DNA from: Gemmatimonadota bacterium
GTDB taxonomy: Bacteria > Gemmatimonadota > Gemmatimonadetes > Gemmatimonadales > GWC2-71-9
Direction: 5' to 3'
Assembly (NCBI GenBank): GCA_039591795.1
Contig: JBDHCY010000035.1
Location: 1 to 31,906 of the forward strand
DNA length: 31,906 nt
Part shown: positions 16,934 to 24,232 of the stretch, one piece after another
How positions within the stretch are numbered: the first letter of the stretch is position 1
How the letters are laid out: the number at the start of each line of letters is the position of its first letter
Translations under genes and position numbers: made by a program
Notes under the pieces: model-generated
What the model was told of the DNA's origin: nothing
What the model saw: the letters and a program-made list of their open reading frames with translations, nothing else
Database searches by the model: none

Positions 16934-17832
16934 TGAGCAAAGCGATCGAGACACGCGGCCTGGCGTATCGCGCCGGCAAGTCGTTCGAGCTACGGGAGCT
17001 CGACCTGAACGTGCCGGCCGGTTCCATGTACGGCTTCCTGGGCCCGAACGGGTCGGGTAAGACCACGACCATTCGCCTCCTGCTCGGGTTCCTGAAAGCG
17101 CGGGCCGGACGGATCGCGATCCTCGGCCGCCCAATGCCAAGGGGAGCCCCGGCCGTACTCGCGCGCACGGGATACGTGCCGGAGCGCCCGCATCTCTACC
17201 CATCTCTCACCGTGGACGAAGTGTTGCGCTTCCACGCCGCGTTCCACCATGAGTGGGATCGGGCGTGGGCCGACGAGCTCGTGGCTGCGTTCCGACTCGA
17301 TCGCGAGCGGCCCGTGCGTCGGCTTTCGAAGGGTGAGATCGGCAAGCTCATGATGCTCGTCGCCCTCGCCCAGCGACCTGAGCTCCTCGTGCTCGACGAA
17401 CCGACCGACGGCCTCGATCCGGTGGTTCGGCGCGACGTGCTCACGGCGCTCCTCGAGTACGTATCACAGCATCACGCCACGGTCTTTGTCTCGAGCCATC
17501 TCGTCCATGAACTCGAGCGGATCTGCGATTGGGTCGGTGTGCTCGATCGCGGCCGTCTCGTGGCCGAGCTTCCGATGCAGAGTTTCAAGAGCGGCATCAA
17601 ACGACTGCGTGTCGCGCATGCCCCGTCGTTGCTCGGCGATACGCCTTTCGTGCTGCTCGGACGTGAGCCGATCGAGGGCGCCTCCGAGATGTGGATCGTG
17701 CGCGGGTGGCAGCCACCGATGGTGCAGTACTTCGAGGGAATCGGCGCGACGCTCAGGGACGTGGTGGATCTCGATCTCGAAGAGGGCTTCGTGGAGCTGC
17801 TTCGTTCGTTCCGCGACGCCGGGGGGGCATAG
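16933..17832 (+). CDS. ABC transporter ATP-binding protein
   Basis: Walker A GPNGSGKTT, signature-like LSKGEIGKL and Walker B LLVLDEPTDGLD are present. It is translationally coupled to the GntR gene. Confidence 0.85.
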   Translation: MSKAIETRGLAYRAGKSFELRELDLNVPAGSMYGFLGPNGSGKTTTIRLLLGFLKARAGRIAILGRPMPRGAPAVLARTGYVPERPHLYPSLTVDEVLRFHAAFHHEWDRAWADELVAAFRLDRERPVRRLSKGEIGKLMMLVALAQRPELLVLDEPTDGLDPVVRRDVLTALLEYVSQHHATVFVSSHLVHELERICDWVGVLDRGRLVAELPMQSFKSGIKRLRVAHAPSLLGDTPFVLLGREPIEGASEMWIVRGWQPPMVQYFEGIGATLRDVVDLDLEEGFVELLRSFRDAGGA

Positions 17833-17834
17833 CG

Positions 17835-18488
17835 ATGTTCCGAGCCGTCCTGTACACGCAGTGGAAATGGACCCGCGCTGCCCTCCTCGTGGCGTCAATC
17901 GCCCTCTTCGCCCTGCCGGTCACCTCGGTGCGCCAAGCTGGGCATGGTGACCAGGAATGGGAGGCCGCAGAGGTGTTACTCAGCCTCTCGGCGTGGGCGC
18001 CTCTCTATCCCATCACCGCCGCGCTCCTCGGCACGCTCGTCGCGTTCGTCGCGTGGTCGGTGGATCACCAGGGCGAGCACGTGTACGCACTCTCGCTCCC
18101 CGTGCCCCGCTGGCACTTCGTACTGCTCCGATGGTCGGCTGGGGGCGTGCTGTTACTCCTGCCCGTGGTCGCGCTTTGGATCGGACTGCTCCTCGCGACC
18201 GCCACTGCACAAGTCCCCACTGGGCTCAGTGCCTATCCCAACGCGCTCACCCTACGCTACCTCCTCGCCACGTTCGTCTCCTACGCACTCCTGTTCGTGG
18301 TCGGACAGGGCGGGAAACGGCTGGTGGGGTATCTCCTCGTGGCGGTGGGAGCAGTCATCGTCGTTTCCGTGTTCGACGCAATCATGGGCCTCGGCCTGGG
18401 ACCGGCGAACCGTATCGGGGCTTGGCTGATCGGCCCCCTCGGACCGCTGCGCGTCTTCGACGCGCGCTGGCTCCCCATCGATGTGTAG
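17835..18488 (+). CDS. ABC transporter permease-like integral membrane protein (ABC-2/YtrC-D-like)
   Basis: ATG lies 2 nt after the ATPase stop. It encodes about 6 hydrophobic helices, in the position of an ABC-2 permease. Confidence 0.55.
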   Translation: MFRAVLYTQWKWTRAALLVASIALFALPVTSVRQAGHGDQEWEAAEVLLSLSAWAPLYPITAALLGTLVAFVAWSVDHQGEHVYALSLPVPRWHFVLLRWSAGGVLLLLPVVALWIGLLLATATAQVPTGLSAYPNALTLRYLLATFVSYALLFVVGQGGKRLVGYLLVAVGAVIVVSVFDAIMGLGLGPANRIGAWLIGPLGPLRVFDARWLPIDV

Positions 18489-19572
18489 AAGCGTTCTCGG
18501 TTTCGTCGTCATCTGCAGCGCGCTCGCATGGCGAGGGGCACCCCTTGCCGCTCAAGACGTCGACGGTCAGCGCATGCTGGTGGACAGCCTCGCGAGGGAG
18601 CTGACCCGGGCGCAGGCCACGCTCGAGGCAATGGGGCGCCCGACCGCGGGCCGCCATGACACGCTGCGCGTGGGCGCGCTCACCGTCCTCGCCCCATCCG
18701 ATCGCGTCGCGATCGCCGCTGCCGGAATGGAAGAAGCCTGGGCACGCCTCACCGAACACCTTGGCGCCGCCGCCGAGGCGCTCGCTCACGACACGATGGA
18801 AGTCCGCCTGCTGCAGCCCGGCGTCCCGATGCTCGCGGGAGAGCACCGCGCACTCGCGATTCGCAACGATGCCACCGCCGAAGTCATCGTCGCCCGAATC
18901 TATGAGATCGTCACCGATATGATCTTCGACGGTCGCGACGACTCCGTACGGGTGTGGCTCCGTCACCAGGTCCCCTTCGCTCACGAGACGCAGGACTTGG
19001 CGAGCGAGACCTACCGCCAGCTCGCAACATCTTTGTCGGTCGCCGCCGAGCGATGCTACCTGGGAGACCTCTCCTGGTGTCGCGAAGCGCTTGGCCTCGT
19101 GCCAACGGAGAATCCGGCACAACGTTGGTACGACGCAGGTGGTCGGCGCGCGCTGGTCAGTCGGCTCCACCAGGTGCGCTATCGCACGGCTGGGTGGACC
19201 GACCACATGGTCGAGCAATGCACCGAGCGAGGGTCAGACGCTGCATGCTCCGCCTTACTCGCCGACCTACCCCGGTACGTCGCCGTCCCGGAGCCGCTCG
19301 GTTCGGTCGCCCGGCAGCAACTGTTCGTCACCGCACTCGCCCGCGGTGGAGCGGGCGCCATCGACCGATTGCTCGTCGCCGATGGGACGCTCCTGGAGCG
19401 CCTGGCACGAGCCGCCGGAGAACCGTCCGACTCACTCTTGGCCGCCTGGCGCGCCGGGGTGCTCGCCGCGGCACCACCGCCTCCAGTCGTGACGCCCGGC
19501 ACGCGATGGATCGCGCTCGCGTGGATCGGGCTCCTGGTCGCCGTTGCCGTCAGTAGAACACGATGGATCTGA
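18481..19572 (+). CDS. hypothetical exported protein with C-terminal membrane anchor
   Basis: ATG overlaps the permease stop by 8 nt. Signal peptide MCRSVLGFVVICSALAWRGAPLAAQD and C-terminal TM WIALAWIGLLVAVAV are present. Coding-like composition, no known family. Confidence 0.5.
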   Translation: MCRSVLGFVVICSALAWRGAPLAAQDVDGQRMLVDSLARELTRAQATLEAMGRPTAGRHDTLRVGALTVLAPSDRVAIAAAGMEEAWARLTEHLGAAAEALAHDTMEVRLLQPGVPMLAGEHRALAIRNDATAEVIVARIYEIVTDMIFDGRDDSVRVWLRHQVPFAHETQDLASETYRQLATSLSVAAERCYLGDLSWCREALGLVPTENPAQRWYDAGGRRALVSRLHQVRYRTAGWTDHMVEQCTERGSDAACSALLADLPRYVAVPEPLGSVARQQLFVTALARGGAGAIDRLLVADGTLLERLARAAGEPSDSLLAAWRAGVLAAAPPPPVVTPGTRWIALAWIGLLVAVAVSRTRWI

Positions 19573-20780
19573 CGCTCCGTCGCTGGGTCGCGCTCGCGCT
19601 CGCCGGTGTCGTGGCGGTCGCCGCAGCCGTCTTCGGCATCGCCGGACCAAGCGCCACGTTTCACGAGGAGTCCCTGCCTGCTGCTCGCCAGCAGGTGCGC
19701 GAGCTGCGGACAGCACTCCGTGAGGCCGAGACGACGTTGGCTCTTCTCGAGCAACGCGAATGGGCACGCGAAGAGCTCCGGAAGCGGAGGGATGACGGCC
19801 CACCGGGGCTGATTGTGCTGGCCGATCCGGCGTTCGAGCCGTCTGAGCTGCGCTCGGTCACCGCGCTCGCCGACAGTGCCTGGGAACGACTCCCGATGCG
19901 AGACTCGTCTATCGGACTCATCCTCGCGCTGGTGACTGACAGGTCGGGCAGCCGAAGTGGAGACGAACCCCGTCTCTCAGGTCCTCGCCGCGGGCGCACC
20001 TTCTTCGCCCCCACCCTGTTCGGCGAGTCGGCGTGCCTCGCCACGATCATGGTGCCGATGCAAGGTCTCGTCTCGCCGTTCCGAGCCACCGACTCCCGCT
20101 CTGCGCGGGGCCCGCGCCCTCGACTGGCCGTGCTCCGCGACGACCGGTTGATGGGACTCTTTGGCCTGTGCGGGTGGTACGCCGCTTTCGGCAATCCAGG
20201 GCCCGCCATCCAGACTTGGTTGTTCCGCACGCGCCACCGCATGGCGGCGAACGGACCCTGGATGCAGCGACAAGACCCTGATACGGAGCGTCAGATCGCG
20301 CGGGCCGTTCCCTGGAGGCGAATGGTCAACCTCGGAACGCCACTTGCAGCGCTCCGCTACGGATTCGACGCGGTCGCCTGTGCCGGCGATCGACCTTCAC
20401 GCTGCGCCGCGGCGGTCCTGAGCCCCGCCCCGGATACGACCGGGATTCCGGTGACGGGGACTCCGGGGCTCAGCCGCATGCCGGCACAGAGTGGCGCCTT
20501 CCGCGACGTGGCCGGGTCGTGGCTCGCCGATCTGCTCTTGGAAATGGGTCCGGACCGCTTCCGCCGTTTCTGGAAGTCACCGCATCAAGTCGACGTGGCA
20601 TTCGCGGAGACGTTCGGCGTACCGCTCGGAGAATGGACGGTCGGTTGGGCGCGCGGGCGCATCGGAGAGCCGAAGCTGGGGCCGGCGCCGGAACTAGGGG
20701 AGATCGTCACCGCCGCCGGGTGGCTCGTCCTGGCGTTCGCGATGGTCGCCTGGGGACGAGCTCGTCGGCAGGTCCGATAG
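19563..20780 (+). CDS. hypothetical bitopic membrane protein with coiled-coil segment
   Basis: ATG overlaps the previous stop by 10 nt. It has N- and C-terminal TM helices and a coiled-coil RQQVRELRTALREAETTLALLEQREWAREELRKRR. It is last in the GntR-ABC operon. Confidence 0.5.
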   Translation: MDLTLRRWVALALAGVVAVAAAVFGIAGPSATFHEESLPAARQQVRELRTALREAETTLALLEQREWAREELRKRRDDGPPGLIVLADPAFEPSELRSVTALADSAWERLPMRDSSIGLILALVTDRSGSRSGDEPRLSGPRRGRTFFAPTLFGESACLATIMVPMQGLVSPFRATDSRSARGPRPRLAVLRDDRLMGLFGLCGWYAAFGNPGPAIQTWLFRTRHRMAANGPWMQRQDPDTERQIARAVPWRRMVNLGTPLAALRYGFDAVACAGDRPSRCAAAVLSPAPDTTGIPVTGTPGLSRMPAQSGAFRDVAGSWLADLLLEMGPDRFRRFWKSPHQVDVAFAETFGVPLGEWTVGWARGRIGEPKLGPAPELGEIVTAAGWLVLAFAMVAWGRARRQVR

Positions 20781-20842
20781 CGGCCGATTGCCACGCACGG
20801 ACGCCTTCACCGCGATGGTGGGCCGCAGCGCGGTTTCCGCAC

Positions 20843-22519
20843 TCACTCGCGCGCGCGGCGATCGGGCGCCGGGAGTGCCTCCGACAGTCGGTCCAGACAC
20901 TGCTCCGCTGCAGCCGCGCCATCGCGACCGAGCACGAGGCGCACTTCCTGAATCGCAGCCACGCACTGCTCGAGCTCGGCCTCCAACGCGATTCGGCTCG
21001 ATTCCGCCTCCCGCGTCGCCCGGTGCTCCCGGTTCGCGATCGTGCTCCCGAGCTCACGCCCACCCACATCCGCGTCGCCCAGCCCCGGCCCACGCTCGAG
21101 GCGCCGGCGTGCCGCGGCAATGGCGCGATCGAGGGCCTCGACCCGGTCTGCGAGCGAGGCGGCACGGGCGACCGCCCGATCGACGGCCGGGAGCACGTCT
21201 GCGAGCTCGGCTCGCTCCGCTGACGCGACGCGCGCGGCAATAGAGACGATGACGGCCCGCTCGGTGGCTGCCCGCTGTACGAGCGGGCTGTGTGATGACG
21301 TGGCGCTTCGAGCTTCGTCTCCGACTCGGAGGGCGGCTATGACGAGCCCGTACTCGAGGAGCACGAAGAGTATCGCCGCGGCGGCGACGAATGGCGCGAA
21401 ATCGATCTGCTGGTCGAGCATACCATCGAGCGCGAAGGCGCTGAGAGACACGCCGAGCGCGAGGGCGGCCGCCCACCTGAACCGACGGCGGGGATCGACT
21501 TCCGTTGTGGTCGCCACGCCGTGAGCCCTCCGGGCGGCGACGGGGAGACCTCGCTCGCCGCGCTGGGCCGCGGGGGCCTCGCCACTCGTGAGCGCGCCCA
21601 GTAGTGCGCTCGCCGATTCCCAGCGCTCCTCAGGCTCCCGAACGAGACAGCGAGAAACGACGGAGGCGAGATCGGGCGGGCAGTCGGCGCGAAGGTCGCT
21701 GGGCGACGGCGCGTCTTCCCTGAGCTGCTGCGTGAGGAGCCCAAGTACCGAGTCTGACCGGAAAGGCGTGCGTCCGGTCAGCATCTCATACGCGACGACG
21801 CCGAGCGAGTAAATGTCGGATGGCGGACCGATCTCGGGTTCGCCAGCTGCTTGCTCGGGGCTCATGTAGTGCGGCGTCCCGAGCAGCACGCCGGCCATGG
21901 TGAGCGCTCCGCCGACCTCCGCGGTGCGGCGCGCGATGCCGAAGTCGGAGAGGAGAGCTCGTTGCTCGTCGCCCTCGAGGAGCACATTGTCCGGCTTGAG
22001 ATCGCGGTGGATGACGCCCGCCGCATGTGCTGCTTCGAGCGCCGAGGCGAGCTCGCATGAGATGCGGTGCACCTCGATGGCCGGCAGTGGTCCTTCCCGC
22101 GCGATTCGTGCGCGCAGATCCTCGCCCACGATCCTCGGCATGATGAGGTAGGCCAAACCGTGGCCTTCGCCAATCGCGAACACGGGGACGATGTGCGGAT
22201 GCCTCAGCTTTGCCATCGCACGCGCCTCGCGCCGGAAGCGCGTGGCCATCTCGTCCGACCCCACGACCCCGAGGCGGAGAGTCTTGACGGCGACGTCCCG
22301 ATCGAGCTGCAGATCGCGCGCGGCGTACACCTCGCCGAACCCCCCACGCCCGAGGAGCTCACCAAGCCGGTACCCACGCCCCAGGGCGCGTTGAAGCTGC
22401 TCACGCCTCTGGTCGTCGTCCTGCTGCGGCTCGACGGGCCCCGACTGCGCACCGCACGCTGGGCAGAATGCGGCGGACGCGGGGAGCTCGGCTGAACAGC
22501 TGGGGCAGGTCTCGGGCAC
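20843..22519 (-). CDS. serine/threonine protein kinase with N-terminal zinc-ribbon and C-terminal membrane/coiled-coil region
   Basis: Hanks kinase motifs are present: LGRGGFGEVY, VAVK, HRDLKPDNVLL, DFGIAR and GTPHYMSPE. The zinc ribbon CPSCSAELPASAAFCPACG sits at the N-terminus. The proposed start is GTG 22519 (MPETCPSC...). The 104 codons upstream in the ORF look non-coding and would collide with the divergent gene's promoter. Confidence 0.75.
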   Translation of the reverse strand: MPETCPSCSAELPASAAFCPACGAQSGPVEPQQDDDQRREQLQRALGRGYRLGELLGRGGFGEVYAARDLQLDRDVAVKTLRLGVVGSDEMATRFRREARAMAKLRHPHIVPVFAIGEGHGLAYLIMPRIVGEDLRARIAREGPLPAIEVHRISCELASALEAAHAAGVIHRDLKPDNVLLEGDEQRALLSDFGIARRTAEVGGALTMAGVLLGTPHYMSPEQAAGEPEIGPPSDIYSLGVVAYEMLTGRTPFRSDSVLGLLTQQLREDAPSPSDLRADCPPDLASVVSRCLVREPEERWESASALLGALTSGEAPAAQRGERGLPVAARRAHGVATTTEVDPRRRFRWAAALALGVSLSAFALDGMLDQQIDFAPFVAAAAILFVLLEYGLVIAALRVGDEARSATSSHSPLVQRAATERAVIVSIAARVASAERAELADVLPAVDRAVARAASLADRVEALDRAIAAARRRLERGPGLGDADVGGRELGSTIANREHRATREAESSRIALEAELEQCVAAIQEVRLVLGRDGAAAAEQCLDRLSEALPAPDRRARE

Positions 22520-22614
22520 GTCGGCGAAGAGAAGGGACGGCCAAGTATCGCTCCGCTGCCCATCGCCCGGCAAGGGAAGTGGCCGACGCGAAGCCGCGAC
22601 GCTACAATCCCGCC

Positions 22615-23337
22615 ATGATGAACGCACCGACGATGGGGCCGCTCCTGGTGGCACTGGCGGCGATCCTCCTTCCGGCTGCCGGCATCGGACATCGGTTCGG
22701 CCGCTGGCGATTCCGCACGGGGGTCGCGCTGGTGGCACTGGCCGCTGTGCTCGCGGGGCTCGGCACGGCGCTCTGCTTGATCGCGCTCCCCGAGCTGCGC
22801 TCCCGGGAACTCTCGGCCATGTGGCCGGCAATCGTCGGCGCGGTCGTCGGCCTTGCCGTGCTGTCCGTCCCCTTGCGCCGGTTCATCCTGCGCCTCTGGC
22901 TCCCGGCGATCCACGACGTCAGCACCGACCTCGACGATCCGCCGCGCTTCGTTGCCATCCTCGAGCACCGCGCCGGAGCCCCGAATCCACCGGAACACGG
23001 TGGGGTGGCGGTGACAGAGCGACAGCGCCGGGCGTATCCCGAAATCGTCCCCCTCGATCTCGAGCTGCCAACCGATGCGGCGTTCGCGGCCGTTCAGGCC
23101 GCCGCCGAGGAACTCGGGTGGACCGTTGTCGCCCAGGACCCGGCGGCGGGAGACCTCGAGGCGACCGCTACCACCCTCTGGTTTGGTTTCAAGGACGACG
23201 TCGTCGTGCGCGTGCGGGAGCACGAGCACGGCAGCCGAGTTGACGTGCGCTCCGCTTCGCGAGTCGGCACGAGTGATCTTGGCACCAACGCGGCACGGAT
23301 CCGGGCATTCCTCCGGTTGGTCAGCGGCGGCCCGTGA
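22615..23337 (+). CDS. DUF1499-like membrane-associated protein
   Basis: ATGATG start at 22615 is preceded by TACAAT. Two N-terminal TM helices are present. The C-terminal region LEATATTLWFGFKDDVVVRV...VDVRSASRVGTSDLGTNAARIRAF resembles DUF1499. Confidence 0.55.
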   Translation: MMNAPTMGPLLVALAAILLPAAGIGHRFGRWRFRTGVALVALAAVLAGLGTALCLIALPELRSRELSAMWPAIVGAVVGLAVLSVPLRRFILRLWLPAIHDVSTDLDDPPRFVAILEHRAGAPNPPEHGGVAVTERQRRAYPEIVPLDLELPTDAAFAAVQAAAEELGWTVVAQDPAAGDLEATATTLWFGFKDDVVVRVREHEHGSRVDVRSASRVGTSDLGTNAARIRAFLRLVSGGP

Positions 23338-23630
23338 TGGCATTCGTGGCGTTCGCGATCGCCGTGTGGTCGCTGGTCGCCGCCGTCCTACTCAAACTCG
23401 GCCGCGTGCGGCCCGGCGGGACATGGGGCTGGTCGTGGGTTGGGAACCTGCTCCAAGGAACCGGGCTGGCACTCGTGGGCCTCACGATCGCCTTCGATCA
23501 CTGGCTGGCGGGGGGCGTCTTCTGGGGAGCACCAGCTGTCGTGTGGCTCGCGCTTCCCTGGACTCTCGTGCTTGCGGGCGTGGCGCTGCGCGTTCGCGCC
23601 CGTCGCGCGGCGAGAACAGACGGCAGCTAG
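23334..23630 (+). CDS. small hypothetical membrane protein (3 predicted TM)
   Basis: The start overlaps the upstream stop (GTGATGG). Trp/Gly-rich hydrophobic helices are present. Confidence 0.4.
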   Translation: MMAFVAFAIAVWSLVAAVLLKLGRVRPGGTWGWSWVGNLLQGTGLALVGLTIAFDHWLAGGVFWGAPAVVWLALPWTLVLAGVALRVRARRAARTDGS

Positions 23631-23739
23631 ACCCTGGCTCTGCGCCGCCTGCCGGGGATGTCGTAGTCTCTGATGGAGCGGAATCGATATCCCTCGGTGG
23701 AGGAGCGCGGGACGGCTCGGCTTCGTGACCTTCCCTGCC

Positions 23740-24192
23740 TTACCGAGCCGAGAGATCGAGCGCCATCACCGTTGCCGTCGAGGGACACGCCGTCGTGAAC
23801 TCCGCTGAGCTCGTAACGGCGCCCGAGACCGAGGCACGGTCCACGACCGCGAAGCCGAAACGAGGGAAGAACCCGGCGGCGGTCTCGGTCAGCAAGTAGA
23901 CCGTGAGGACACCGCGACCCTCGGCCAGCTCGAGAGCGGCCCGAGTGAGATCGCGCCCGAGTCCGCGGCCGCGCATGCTTTCGTCCACCGCAACTGATCG
24001 CAGAAGTGCCTGTTCCCCGTATACCTCGAGTGCCGCGCATCCCACCACTCGATCACCCTCCCGCGCGACGAGTAGCGAGTCCACGTGCTCGGTGAGCCCT
24101 GCCTCCGGCAGTCGGCTGTGCGTGAGGAGTGCCAATACTGCCGTGAGCTCCTGTTCGCGGGCGGCGCCAATCTGAGGCTCGTGGCGGTTCAT
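23740..24192 (-). CDS. GNAT family N-acetyltransferase
   Basis: The acetyl-CoA binding motif RGRGLGRDL is in the right context (VGCAALEVYGEQALLRSVAVDESMRGRGLGRDLTRAALELAEGRG). Start is internal ATG 24192. The earlier part of the ORF is Gly/Arg-rich junk. Confidence 0.8.
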   Translation of the reverse strand: MNRHEPQIGAAREQELTAVLALLTHSRLPEAGLTEHVDSLLVAREGDRVVGCAALEVYGEQALLRSVAVDESMRGRGLGRDLTRAALELAEGRGVLTVYLLTETAAGFFPRFGFAVVDRASVSGAVTSSAEFTTACPSTATVMALDLSAR

Positions 24193-24232
24193 GCCGTGAT
24201 CGAGATCTCTTGCATGATGCCACGGTAACGGC

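Noticed and set aside
15172-17203. Very long overlapping ORFs 15172..16563 (+, 463 aa) and 15794..17203 (-, 469 aa), rich in Arg/Pro/Gly
   Set aside because: They are alternative-frame or antisense read-through artefacts of high-GC DNA. They overlap the well-supported YdjM-like, GntR and ABC ATPase genes and have no recognisable motifs.
22520-22831. N-terminal 104 codons of the kinase ORF as listed (MPATWPRVPGSAARG...)
   Set aside because: It is Arg/Pro/Ala-rich with no structure. It would run through the promoter and start region of the divergent DUF1499 gene. GTG 22519 gives a canonical zinc-ribbon N-terminus.
23713-23750. 8-bp inverted repeat CGGCTCGG...CCGAGCCG between convergent genes as a bidirectional terminator
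   Set aside because: The loop is about 22 nt, which is too large. The 3' arm lies within the GNAT coding end and there is no T-tract. The evidence is weak.
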